Positions 28,135 to 37,410 are shown, numbered from the stretch's first letter. The stretch: 64,000 nt of DNA from Candidatus Enterousia sp. (GCA_045613345.1 JAZLAT010000005.1:203263-267262); one strand, 5' to 3'. Numbers and translations: made by a program. The notes: generated by a model not told the origin, from the sequence alone.

Positions 28135-29348
28135 CATTAAACGACATATTAAAAGAATCTTGGTTATCCATAAGTGGCAACAAAATCCGTTCGTTTTTGA
28201 CGGTCTTGGGAATTATTATCGGTGTTTTGGCGGTGGTTTTGATGGTCGCCGTTGGCGAAACAGTGCAAACAGAAATTACCGACCAATTTTCATCACTTGG
28301 GACAAATACTATCGTGATTCGTGCAGGTGCGGCACAAATAGGTGGTGTGCGCAGTGGGAATCGTCAAACATTGACGACTGATGATGCCGAAGTCATCGCT
28401 AAATTACCCGATGTCGCCGCCATAACCCCAGTGCAAATATCGGGTGCACAAATTGTTTACGGCAATAAAAATTGGTCTACATCAATGATTGGTGTTTATC
28501 CCGATTATACCACTGTTCAAAGTGTGGATATCGAATATGGTGCATTTTTTGACCAAAGCGCGGTTCGAAACGCTTCCACTTACGCCGTAATCGGTCCCAA
28601 AACGGCAAGAGAGTTGGGGATGGATGCAAACCCTGTCGGTGAAGTAATTCGCATCCAGAACGTCCCTTTTGTGATTGTGGGGGTGTCCAAAGAACGTGGC
28701 GATACCGCCATGGGTTCCCAAGACGATATGGTTATGATTCCGGTAACCACAATGAAAAAAAGATTGCAAGGCAGCAAGTTTCCAAATGCCGTCAGTATGA
28801 TTGCGTTAAAACTTTATACTGATGCTGATAATTCCGTGGTAATCGACCAGATTTCCGCCCTGCTCCGCGATAGACACCGTTTGCGCGATGGTGACGAAGA
28901 CGATTTCCAAGTTATGGATATGCGCCAGATTATGGAAACTATGACAACCGTAACCGGATATTTAAAACTGTTATTGATTGCAATTGCGGCGGTATCTTTG
29001 TTGGTGGGTGCAATTGGTATCATGAACATGATGTTGGTGTCTGTGGCGGAACGCACGCGTGAAATAGGTATACGTAAAGCAATCGGCGCACGCGAACGTC
29101 ATATTATTACACAGTTTTTGGCCGAATCTATTATGATTTCTTTTATTGGGTCAATGATTGGGTTGATTTTGGGTGTTGGATTATCCCAAGGAATCGGACG
29201 GTTTATATTGGGTTATAATGTTCCGTTCAGCGCGTGGCCAGTTGTGCTTTCTATTTCTGTGGCGGTAATCGTGGGGTTGGCATCGGGGGTTATGCCCGCA
29301 ATCAAGGCGGCAAAATTGAACCCAATAGACAGCCTTAGATATGAATAG
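28131..29348 (+). CDS. ABC transporter permease, FtsX/MacB family, with a large periplasmic domain
   Basis: 405 aa. N-terminal TM segment, periplasmic domain, then three C-terminal TM segments with a MacB-like motif region. Confidence 0.8.
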   Translation: MTLNDILKESWLSISGNKIRSFLTVLGIIIGVLAVVLMVAVGETVQTEITDQFSSLGTNTIVIRAGAAQIGGVRSGNRQTLTTDDAEVIAKLPDVAAITPVQISGAQIVYGNKNWSTSMIGVYPDYTTVQSVDIEYGAFFDQSAVRNASTYAVIGPKTARELGMDANPVGEVIRIQNVPFVIVGVSKERGDTAMGSQDDMVMIPVTTMKKRLQGSKFPNAVSMIALKLYTDADNSVVIDQISALLRDRHRLRDGDEDDFQVMDMRQIMETMTTVTGYLKLLLIAIAAVSLLVGAIGIMNMMLVSVAERTREIGIRKAIGARERHIITQFLAESIMISFIGSMIGLILGVGLSQGIGRFILGYNVPFSAWPVVLSISVAVIVGLASGVMPAIKAAKLNPIDSLRYE

Positions 29349-29349
29349 T

Positions 29350-30963
29350 TTATTTGATTTTCTTTAATTTTTTTTGAATGTTTGGGACAATAACAAATCC
29401 ATCGTCTGATAATTCTATGGCACGCATATAGGCTGTGCGCGCCAAGTCATTTTTGCCGGCGATTATATACGCGTCACCCAAATGTTCAAACAGCGATGAA
29501 CAAGTGCTTGCACTTGCACCAACGCGTTCCAAAATGTCCAATGCCGCATCGTTTCCTTCGCGTACAGAAACAACCACCGCTAAAGTATCCCAGGCTAAAA
29601 CATCCATTGGATCATTTTTAATCATATTCATTGCATAATCATATGCATTTTCAATTTCGCGCCATTGTGCCGCCCAAATGCGCGCTTGGATCATTAAAAC
29701 TTCGGCATTTATTCCCGACAATTTAACCGCGTCACGAATATCGGCCTGGGCATCATTTAAATTGCCAAACAGCATATTGACCAATGCCCGCCTTTTTATC
29801 AAGTACGCACGTCCCGTATCGGTCAGTTTCTTGTTTTTTAAAGCACGTCGCAAAACTGTCAATGCGGCGGTTTTGTTACCGTTTGCAATATGCAACGCGA
29901 CCAATTTATTTAATGCAGGAACAAACAGCGGTTGCTTTTTTAATATTTTTTCCAATGCATCAATCGATCCGCTGTCCCCTGCCCTTCGCATTTCTGCAAA
30001 AAGATACAGCGGGCTTTCGGGGCTGATTAAATCAAATTGTTTTTGATAATTTCCGCGTGTATTCGCAAAAAATTGCCCGATATAGTAATTACATGTGTCT
30101 TGAAATAATTGTGTGTCTGGACCGATTATTTGCGCAAAACGCAACATCAAAACAGACAAATCCGAATAAAGAATAATTTGTGTATGCGATACATTTTGTA
30201 TTAAACTGAATGCCAATGCATTCTTTATTCCCTTGTATATGGCAAAATCTGGGAAGTTTGCAAAGTCTGACATAAACATTCCGCCAATCGATGATGTAAA
30301 TTTTTTTTGTAATTCATTTGCTTGGTCTGTCAAGGAATTCGCTGTATAGAACGAATAAAGATACATATAATCGTTGATATTCATAAAATCGATTGGAACC
30401 GCAGCAAATTCTTTGGTGGCTGATTTTATATCGCCCTGCTCTGCATAAATTTGACCGCGAACAAATGCCTTCCAAGCGGCACCCGCCTCCATGGAATCGA
30501 TGTATTTCAAAGTTTCCTTGTAATGCCGTGTCGCGATTCCTGACCATATGCGAAAAGGCGCGTCCAATGCCGATTTGTTGGTGCTGTGCCGTTTATACAA
30601 TGTATCCCAATCGTTGTTTTGCGCCAAATAAGCATCATAAATAAATTTCAGCGCGGTATTTTTTTCTTTGACCAACTTTTGGGCATCTTGGGGTATGTTG
30701 CCACCCAAAAATTCTGCCAACATACGTGTGACTTTAACGCCATCATATTCAATATCGGCAAATTCTTGTGTAAATGTTTTTGCCGTCTTGAAATCATTTG
30801 TATATATTGCATGCTGGGCCGCCAAATATGCACCGTATTTAGTTGTCAGTCCGGACACTTCATAATCCGCCCCACCTTTTGGCAAATGTTTTACAACGGC
30901 GATACCGCCGCCCAATATAAAGGCACAAAAAGCGATAAAAAATAAAGTTTTTCTTTTCATCAT
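29350..30963 (-). CDS. Secreted TPR-repeat protein
   Basis: Signal peptide followed by repeated TPR-like helices (for example AYMRAIELS, AYDYAMNMIKN). Confidence 0.5.
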   Translation of the reverse strand: MMKRKTLFFIAFCAFILGGGIAVVKHLPKGGADYEVSGLTTKYGAYLAAQHAIYTNDFKTAKTFTQEFADIEYDGVKVTRMLAEFLGGNIPQDAQKLVKEKNTALKFIYDAYLAQNNDWDTLYKRHSTNKSALDAPFRIWSGIATRHYKETLKYIDSMEAGAAWKAFVRGQIYAEQGDIKSATKEFAAVPIDFMNINDYMYLYSFYTANSLTDQANELQKKFTSSIGGMFMSDFANFPDFAIYKGIKNALAFSLIQNVSHTQIILYSDLSVLMLRFAQIIGPDTQLFQDTCNYYIGQFFANTRGNYQKQFDLISPESPLYLFAEMRRAGDSGSIDALEKILKKQPLFVPALNKLVALHIANGNKTAALTVLRRALKNKKLTDTGRAYLIKRRALVNMLFGNLNDAQADIRDAVKLSGINAEVLMIQARIWAAQWREIENAYDYAMNMIKNDPMDVLAWDTLAVVVSVREGNDAALDILERVGASASTCSSLFEHLGDAYIIAGKNDLARTAYMRAIELSDDGFVIVPNIQKKLKKIK

Positions 30964-30987
30964 TGGAATTTATGCTACAATAATATC

Positions 30988-31560
30988 ATGAATAGTAAAG
31001 AAAAATTTGAAAAATATGCAAAAATGCTGTGCGAATGGTCGGAACGCATGAATCTTGTTGCGCCAAGTACGCTGTCTGATATAGAAATACGACATTTTGC
31101 AGATTCGGCCCAATTGGCGGATGTTTTACCAAATGATGTTGAGGTAATTGATTTGGGGTCGGGTGCGGGTTTTCCTGGGGTTGTTTTGGCAATTTTGGGG
31201 TGGCGTGTCACATGTATTGAATCAATCGGTAAAAAAGTATCTTTTTTGAATGCGGTGCGTGATGAACTTCAACTTGAAAATTTAACAATTTATCATGGGC
31301 GTGTTGAAAACTTTTTCCCGGCTTTTTTGAACAAAAATGCAAAAAAAGCCGGTAATTTTGTCGTAACCGCACGTGCTTTTGCACCATTAGTTAAAATTTT
31401 AGATTATGTTCGTAATGTAAATTGTCGGCTTTTTTTACTAAAAGGTCGGGAAATTGAAAACGAAATTGCGGTTGCAAAGCAAAAATACCGATTCGATTAC
31501 GAACTTATCCCATCAAAAACCGGCGATGGTTTTATTATAATTATCGATTTTGACCGGTAA
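30988..31560 (+). CDS. rsmG: 16S rRNA (guanine527-N7)-methyltransferase RsmG (GidB)
   Basis: LCEWSERMNLVAPSTLSDIEIRHFADS...VIDLGSGAGFPGVVLAI. Confidence 0.85.
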   Translation: MNSKEKFEKYAKMLCEWSERMNLVAPSTLSDIEIRHFADSAQLADVLPNDVEVIDLGSGAGFPGVVLAILGWRVTCIESIGKKVSFLNAVRDELQLENLTIYHGRVENFFPAFLNKNAKKAGNFVVTARAFAPLVKILDYVRNVNCRLFLLKGREIENEIAVAKQKYRFDYELIPSKTGDGFIIIIDFDR

Positions 31561-31562
31561 TT

Positions 31563-31637
31563 TCATATGAAATAAAGAATAACATATTGAAATTACGTAT
31601 TTTTGGTTTTTTGTTGTATTATTTCATGTGAAATAGA
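31563..31637. promoter_or_regulatory. Two degenerate parS-like palindromes (ATTTCATATGAAAT and ATTTCATGTGAAAT) upstream of parA
   Basis: They resemble the parS consensus TGTTTCACGTGAAACA but carry a TG/TA centre in place of CG. No exact parS was found in the window. Confidence 0.3.
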
Positions 31638-31741
31638 TTATAATATGTTGTTTTTACTGTTTTTTTGTGTTTTATAAAATTTATGCCTTGACCCGATTTG
31701 TTTTTTGATATATGTTATTTGTGACAAAAGGAAAGGACAAA

Positions 31742-32515
31742 ATGACAGAAATAATAGCGTTTGCGAATCAGAAAGGTGGTGTTGGCAAAACGACCACCGC
31801 AATAAACCTTGGTGCATCGTTGGCGGCAATCAAAAAGCGGGTGTTGTTGGTTGATTTGGATTCCCAAGGTAATGCCGGCACGGGGCTTGGGTTCGTGCGG
31901 TCTTCGCATTCACAAAGTGTGTACGGGGTTTTAATGGGTACGGACAGTGCGGCAAACAATATTTTATCAACCGCGGTTCCGGGATTGCATATTTTGCCGT
32001 CGACCCAGGCGTTGTCGGGTGCAGAAGTTGAATTATTGGATGTGGAAAACCGCGAATATCGCTTGCGCGAAGGCTTAAAGCCGATTATGGAACACTATGA
32101 TTTTATATTGTTGGATTGTCCGCCGGCTTTGGGATATGTGACACTTAATGCGCTGACAACCGCGAATCATGTTATAATTCCGTTGCAATGCGAGTTTTTC
32201 CCACTGGAGGGTGTTTTGCACCTTGTTAATAATATACGCGGTGTGCGACAAAAATGGAATCCAAATTTGGATGTTTTGGGGGTATTGTTGACCATGTACG
32301 ACCGCCGGTATGGCATGACGCGTGATGTAGAAGAAAATGTGCGCGCGACGTTTGGCGACAAGGTGTTTAAAACCGTTGTTCCGCGCAATGTTCGCGTGGC
32401 CGAGGCGCCAAGTCACGGTAAACCGGCGTTATTTTACGACTTTAATTCCACCGGTGCCCAGGCATATTTGCGTGTGGCAACCGAAGTTATTCAAAAAATA
32501 GAGCAGGGGGCATAA
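31742..32515 (+). CDS. parA: Chromosome-partitioning ATPase ParA
   Basis: MTEIIAFANQKGGVGKTTTAINLGASLA (deviant Walker A). The tracked ORF starts 10 codons upstream. Confidence 0.85.
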   Translation: MTEIIAFANQKGGVGKTTTAINLGASLAAIKKRVLLVDLDSQGNAGTGLGFVRSSHSQSVYGVLMGTDSAANNILSTAVPGLHILPSTQALSGAEVELLDVENREYRLREGLKPIMEHYDFILLDCPPALGYVTLNALTTANHVIIPLQCEFFPLEGVLHLVNNIRGVRQKWNPNLDVLGVLLTMYDRRYGMTRDVEENVRATFGDKVFKTVVPRNVRVAEAPSHGKPALFYDFNSTGAQAYLRVATEVIQKIEQGA

Positions 32516-32520
32516 ATAAA

Positions 32521-33405
32521 ATGGCTAAATTTGGACTTGGGCGCAATTTAAACGATTTGCAGAACGAAATAGGCGTCGCACCGGATATATCGATTTTATC
32601 GGGGGCTGAACGTGTTGTGGTGCGTCAGATACCGTTGGCACAAATCGGTGTGAATCCAGATCAACCGCGTAAGACCTTTACGCCCGCGGATTTGGAAGAT
32701 TTGGCGGCATCTGTTCGAGAAAAAGGCGTTTTACAGCCGATTTTGCTGCGCAGTGTAAAAAACCGACCCTATTTATATGAAATTGTTGCGGGTGAACGTC
32801 GTTTCCGCGCAAGCAAGATGGCTGGATTGTCCGAAATTCCGGCGTTTATCAAGAATTTGGCGGATGAAAACGCGATGGAAATCGCGCTGATTGAGAACGT
32901 GCAACGCGAAAACCTGAATCCCATAGAAGAGGCAGCGGCATATGTGAACCTTATGTCCAAATGCAAATATACTATGGACGATGTGTCGCGCCTGATTGGA
33001 AAATCAGAAAGTTATATTCGAAATTTGGTGCGTTTGAATGCGTTACCAGAATCTGTTAAAAAGTTAGTAGAGCAGGGCGCAATTTCCGCGTCCCATGCGC
33101 GTACTATTGCGGTGGCGGAAAATCCCGAAGCATTGGCGCGTGAGATTATTGCCGGCAAAATGTCGGTGGCGGAAACCGAACGCCGTGTAAAACATGCACC
33201 GCGTGCCGCCCGCGCCCGTGCGCACAGCGATAAAACGATGGATGAAAACGATGTTGCCGATATGACCAAGAGGCTGGGGCGCGCCTTGATGTCGCGCGTC
33301 AAAATTACAGAACGTCGTGGCGGTTCGGGTCAAATAACAATTTACTTTAACACGCGTGCACACTTGACAGAAATTGTTAACAAAGTTTCCGGCAAAAATG
33401 AATAA
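32521..33405 (+). CDS. parB: Chromosome-partitioning protein ParB
   Basis: ParB box (GERRFRAS), HTH region, and C-terminal dimerisation domain. Confidence 0.85.
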   Translation: MAKFGLGRNLNDLQNEIGVAPDISILSGAERVVVRQIPLAQIGVNPDQPRKTFTPADLEDLAASVREKGVLQPILLRSVKNRPYLYEIVAGERRFRASKMAGLSEIPAFIKNLADENAMEIALIENVQRENLNPIEEAAAYVNLMSKCKYTMDDVSRLIGKSESYIRNLVRLNALPESVKKLVEQGAISASHARTIAVAENPEALAREIIAGKMSVAETERRVKHAPRAARARAHSDKTMDENDVADMTKRLGRALMSRVKITERRGGSGQITIYFNTRAHLTEIVNKVSGKNE

Positions 33406-33462
33406 AAATATCAAAAAAGCCGGAAAAATCTTGACAAAAGTTAAAGCGATTTGTTAAATAAT

Positions 33463-33517
33463 AGTGTTAGTGGATAGTGTAAGTGGTTAGTGCGGGCGCA
33501 TTCGCGCCCGTGTTTTT
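33463..33517 (+). repeat. AGTG/GTTAGTG repeat unit (AGTGTTAGTGGATAGTGTAAGTGGTTAGTG) fused to a hairpin terminator (GCGGGCGCATTCGCGCCCG with a T-run)
   Basis: Read directly downstream of parB. Confidence 0.55.
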
Positions 33518-33810
33518 TGATTCCTGTATATGATAATATTCCAAAGAATTGCCATGGTGGACGGGCGTTTGGTGCGTTTTTTTCACATATAAAGTGGTCG
33601 AAATTAAACCAAGGTTTTTTTTCTACCTTGTTTTTGAAATCCACCATTTACGGTTTGTGTATTGTTTTTATTGATAAAATTTGTTTTTTAAATATTAAAA
33701 AAAGTGGTTGACTTTTAACCTTGGTTTTTTATACACTTTTCCATAGGGAACTTCTTGAATAAATTGGTATCTGGTGTGACGCAAAATGAGAGGAAATATT
33801 AGAGATAAAG

Positions 33811-33960
33811 AGATTATTCCAGAAACTGTCATTCCGGACTTGGTCCGGAACAGGGCTAAGAGTTCTGGACGGATTGTTCAGAATAATTCTGAAAACACCG
33901 GCTCGCATTTCCTGGCCCTATTGCGGACCGGGTCCGCAATGACAGTATCAGGAGTAACAA
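33811..33960 (+). promoter_or_regulatory. Conserved leader element, long form, upstream of the secreted-paralog gene
   Basis: GATTATTCCAGAAACTGTCATT...AATGACAGTATCAGGAGTAACAAAAATATAAC. The arms ACTGTCATT / AATGACAGT enclose two internal hairpins (CCGGACTTGGTCCGG and GCGGACCGGGTCCGC). A shorter homolog lies at 48887-48960. Confidence 0.45.
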
Positions 33961-33996
33961 AAATATAACCAATAAAAACAAAAGGGAGTAGAAAGG

Positions 33997-35118
33997 ATGA
34001 ACCTTAACAAAATAATTTTAACATCACTGTGTGCCATCATCACCACGGCGACCGCCGCATTCGCCGCCGGCGAAAATGTGGTGGCATCAAAAAAATACAC
34101 CGACGACACGTTTCAGACGAAAATATCAACCGGAAATGTTTTGTTTTGGGATGATGACGAAGATGGTGTTTATGACGCGGAAGATGATGTGCAGGTTCCG
34201 GGCCTGGTTGCATATGACCCAACCACTGGTGCCCTGAACGGCAGAAAAATTGGTATTTTGGATTATGAAACGATTGCGAGTGATGGTGAGGGTTCTTTGA
34301 ATTTGTATTCTTATGATGGTGGATATGGCGCTGAAATGGATAATTTTGTTCCAACTGTTCATGCCGTTGCGAATGATTTGCAACGCATATGGAATAGTAT
34401 AGAAGTATTACCTTGGACCTACACCCAAACCGCGGCCGTGAATAATTACAGCACCGCATTTAACAACACAACAAATAATTGGTCAGATGTTGATTCAGGT
34501 TACATGGTTAACGGACTTAGTTTGGCAAACGGCCTGGCATTGAAACAAAACAAGATCCCGGCGCATGCGGCAAATGCGGTTGATTCAGTTTTAACCGATT
34601 CAACCACCGATGGTAATGTGCAAAAGCGTGCAATATTTGATGGCAGTGCCACATATGCCGCCGGCACTCACGCAAACCAAATCCCAACCATGGGTGCGGT
34701 TATGTCGGCAATTACAAATGGTACACCAAAGATAACTTGGTCGGCAACACAAACCGCCGCGGTGAATAATTACAGCACTACATTTAACGGCACAACAAAT
34801 AATTGGGTCGCAGCCGACAGTGGTAAATTGGTTGATGGTAATGTTTTGGCTAATGCGGTCGCACTAAAACAAAATAAAGTTCCGGCGGGGATAGCGGGTA
34901 ATGTTGTTACATATACCGGTACCGCGGGCATGGTTGGGTCGGTTGCAACATACGACGGTTCAACAACTTATGCTGCGGCAACTGACGCAAATAAAATTGC
35001 AACCGCGGCATTTGTGGAAACAAAACAAAAAAAGAAAGTATGTGCGGGTTGGCCGGACGATGTTGCGGTTGCCGATCGCACAGATGCGAATTGCTGGCTT
35101 TGGACTTTCCCAGATTAG
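33997..35118 (+). CDS. Secreted repeat protein, paralog A of an uncharacterised family
   Basis: Signal peptide MNLNKIILTSLCAIITTATAAFA. Internal repeat TQTAAVNNYST.FN.TTNNW...DSG..V.G..LAN..ALKQNK.PA. The conserved C-terminus is ETKQKKKVCAGWPDDVAVADRTDANCWLWTFPD. Paralog B is at 48994. Confidence 0.5.
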   Translation: MNLNKIILTSLCAIITTATAAFAAGENVVASKKYTDDTFQTKISTGNVLFWDDDEDGVYDAEDDVQVPGLVAYDPTTGALNGRKIGILDYETIASDGEGSLNLYSYDGGYGAEMDNFVPTVHAVANDLQRIWNSIEVLPWTYTQTAAVNNYSTAFNNTTNNWSDVDSGYMVNGLSLANGLALKQNKIPAHAANAVDSVLTDSTTDGNVQKRAIFDGSATYAAGTHANQIPTMGAVMSAITNGTPKITWSATQTAAVNNYSTTFNGTTNNWVAADSGKLVDGNVLANAVALKQNKVPAGIAGNVVTYTGTAGMVGSVATYDGSTTYAAATDANKIATAAFVETKQKKKVCAGWPDDVAVADRTDANCWLWTFPD

Positions 35119-35247
35119 TGGTAAGTGTCAGTTGTTAGTACGGGTGGCAAATGCCACCCGTTTTTTTGCACCAGAAATCCGTTACTAACCACTAACACTT
35201 ATCACTATCACTAAAAAAACACCGCCCGGATGGGCGGTGTTTTCAAT
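35112..35247. repeat. Forward AGTG-repeat unit, hairpin terminator, inverted AGTG-repeat unit, second hairpin terminator
   Basis: GATTAGTGGTAAGTGTCAGTTGTTAGTA, then CGGGTGGCAAATGCCACCCG with a T-run, then GTTACTAACCACTAACACTTATCACTATCACT, then AAAAAAACACCGCCCGGATGGGCGGTGTTTT. The architecture matches 6311-6424. Confidence 0.55.
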
Positions 35248-35257
35248 TTGTTTTAAC

Positions 35258-35674
35258 TTATTTAACCGTTGTGGTTGCGTTACGGTTATATTTCCAAACC
35301 GCTTCGCCGGTACCTTTGACCAACGGGCGTTCTTTACCATATGAAATGGTAGAGATACGACGTGGATCGATACCTTCTTCAACGATGACTTGTTTCGCCG
35401 CGTTTGCACGACGTGCGCCCAATGCCAAGTTGTATTCGGTTGAACCGCGTTCGTCGCAGTTACCCGCGATTTGCACCCGAACATCATCGTGCGATTTCAT
35501 ATACAGCGCCTGACCCATAAGGTTGTCGCGCGCCGCGTCAGAAATTTCCGACGAATTGAACGCAAAGAATACGCGTTGATTGTTAAGGTCTTCTGGTTCA
35601 ACAATACTTGAACCACCGCACGCCGCCAGAACCCCAGCCGCGCCAGCCAATAAAGCAAAGTTTTTTATTTTCAT
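35258..35674 (-). CDS. pal: Peptidoglycan-associated lipoprotein Pal (OmpA family)
   Basis: Lipobox LAAC-G. OmpA-like domain FAFNSSEISDAARDNL...GNCDERGSTEYNLALGARRANAAKQ. Confidence 0.8.
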   Translation of the reverse strand: MKIKNFALLAGAAGVLAACGGSSIVEPEDLNNQRVFFAFNSSEISDAARDNLMGQALYMKSHDDVRVQIAGNCDERGSTEYNLALGARRANAAKQVIVEEGIDPRRISTISYGKERPLVKGTGEAVWKYNRNATTTVK

Positions 35675-35727
35675 GAAAATACTCCCTTGAGTTTTTGTTG
35701 CTCATGTTATAGTCTATATTAAAACTT

Positions 35728-36510
35728 TTGAAAAATCAAGACGAAAAGAAACGAAAAATGAATGAATTTTTACGCGATTTATTTATGGCGGGTGTTCGGT
35801 GGGAATTGTCTGAAAATTCCGTTGGTTTTATGGAAATGATGTCACGTGCATCGGCAACCACGGCGGCAAGTGCACGCACGCGAACATCGCATACGGTTGT
35901 TCCGCCAATTTCGCCGGTATTGCCTGTATCTGTTGAAACAGCAAACGCTATGGCGGCGCGACCGACAACCGTCGAGGCATTAAATCGTATGATTGGGGAA
36001 TTTAATCACCCGTTGCGCGGCGGTGTTTCAAATGTGGTTTTGCCACACAGTGCACCGAATCCAAGTGGGGTTATGATTATTACTGATATTCCGTCCAGTG
36101 ATGATGATAAATCCGGACAAATTTTGACTGGTGCGGCGGGCGATTTATTAGACAAGATGCTTGGGGCGATTGAATTATCGCGCGATTCGGTATCTGTGTG
36201 TCCGCTTTTATTCTGGCGCACACCGGGCGGTCGCACACCGTCGCGCATAGAATTGGATTTGTCGCGACCTTTTGTTAATCGATTTATCGAACTGAACGAA
36301 CCCAAAGTAATTATCACACTGGGGACGTTATCGGCATCAGAAATCGCAGGCACAGATTTAATGCGCGAACATGGTGCGATGGTTGATTTGCCAAATGGTC
36401 TGCATGTGTTCCCGATATATCATCCAAACTTTCTTATATTAAAACCCACATTAAAACGTGATGTTTGGGTGGTATTGCAAAATGTGCAAAACTTGTTGAA
36501 AAATGTGTAA
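35728..36510 (+). CDS. Uracil-DNA-glycosylase-superfamily protein with a non-canonical motif A and a low-complexity N-terminal extension
   Basis: The C-terminal 150 aa (MIITDIPSSDDDKSGQILTGAAGDLLDKML...VIITLGTLSASEIAG...HVFPIYHPNFLI) has a family-4/5 UDG-like layout. The GEAPG motif is replaced by TDIPSS. The start may be at 35758. Confidence 0.45.
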   Translation: MKNQDEKKRKMNEFLRDLFMAGVRWELSENSVGFMEMMSRASATTAASARTRTSHTVVPPISPVLPVSVETANAMAARPTTVEALNRMIGEFNHPLRGGVSNVVLPHSAPNPSGVMIITDIPSSDDDKSGQILTGAAGDLLDKMLGAIELSRDSVSVCPLLFWRTPGGRTPSRIELDLSRPFVNRFIELNEPKVIITLGTLSASEIAGTDLMREHGAMVDLPNGLHVFPIYHPNFLILKPTLKRDVWVVLQNVQNLLKNV

Positions 36511-36552
36511 AATTGTTTATACTGGACACATAGCTTAACAAAGGAGCATACA

Positions 36553-37110
36553 ATTAAAAACGCAAATAATCGTGACAATCGTCGGGACATTGGACCGCGT
36601 ATAAATAACAAAATCCTTGCAAAAACTGTTCAAGTTATTGGTGAAGACGGCAAAAATTTGGGTGTTATGCCAACTGGGGCTGCGGTTCAAATGGCGGCTG
36701 ATTTGGGGCTTGATTTGGTGGAAATGAATGCAAATATGACACCGCCGATTGCGAAAATTATGGACTTTGGTAAATATAAATACGAGCAAAAAAAGCACGC
36801 AGCCGAGGCCAAGAAAAAACAAAAAACGACCGAAATAAAAGAGGTTTGGATAAAGCCTTTTATCGAAGAAAATGATTTGCAAATTAAATTGAAAAAAGTT
36901 TTCGAATTCTTGGACGAAGGAAACAAGGTTAAAATTGCGGTCATGACGCGTGGGTCAAAGCGTGTTCTGGCCATGGGTAAAGACGCTGTGCCGGGGCTTT
37001 TTGCGCATGTGGTTGAATTGATTGGCGAACGCGGGACATTGGAAAGTCGTTCAAAGCCCGACGAACGTACAAAGTCTATTATTATTGCACCAACAAAACC
37101 CGCAAAGTAA
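36553..37110 (+). CDS. infC: Translation initiation factor IF-3 with a non-canonical ATT start codon
   Basis: In-frame translation from ATT 36553 gives IKNANNRDNRRDIGPRINNKILAKTVQVIGEDGKNLGVMPTGAAVQMAADLGLDLVEM...IMDFGKYKYEQ. The RBS is AAGGAG, 7 nt upstream. The tracked ORF begins at an internal TTG at 36658. Confidence 0.8.
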   Translation: MKNANNRDNRRDIGPRINNKILAKTVQVIGEDGKNLGVMPTGAAVQMAADLGLDLVEMNANMTPPIAKIMDFGKYKYEQKKHAAEAKKKQKTTEIKEVWIKPFIEENDLQIKLKKVFEFLDEGNKVKIAVMTRGSKRVLAMGKDAVPGLFAHVVELIGERGTLESRSKPDERTKSIIIAPTKPAK

Positions 37111-37196
37111 ATAAAAAACACCCGAACGGGTGTTTTTTTATGGAATATTTGATTTTTATTTTGTATGCTTTGCCCGTGAATTAAAAAGGTGAAAAT

Positions 37197-37403
37197 ATGG
37201 ACACGGAAAAATTATCTTTCGAAGAAGCATACAAGCAACTTAGTGAATTAGTTAAAAAAATGGAATCGGGCGAATTGCCTTTGGCAGACGCGGTCGCCGC
37301 GTACGAGCAAGGAATTAAACTGAAGGCGTATTGCGAACAATTGCTTAAAGAAGCCGAATTAAAAATCGAAACATTGAAAATAACTACACCTGACGCACAG
37401 TAA
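37197..37403 (+). CDS. xseB: Exodeoxyribonuclease VII small subunit
   Basis: 68 aa: LSFEEAYKQLSELVKKMESGELPLADAVAAYEQGIKLKAYCEQLL. Confidence 0.75.
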   Translation: MDTEKLSFEEAYKQLSELVKKMESGELPLADAVAAYEQGIKLKAYCEQLLKEAELKIETLKITTPDAQ

Positions 37404-37410
37404 ATTTAAT

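Noticed and set aside
33786-33968. 60-aa ORF upstream of paralog A, considered as a stand-alone gene
   Set aside because: It coincides with the conserved palindromic leader. The homologous leader at 48887 contains only a 32-aa ORF with a different C-terminus. It is therefore better treated as part of a regulatory leader, possibly a uORF, than as a protein gene.
34040-34459. 139-aa His/Arg-rich ORF on the minus strand
   Set aside because: It is antisense to the secreted paralog A gene. Its composition is a mirror artefact.
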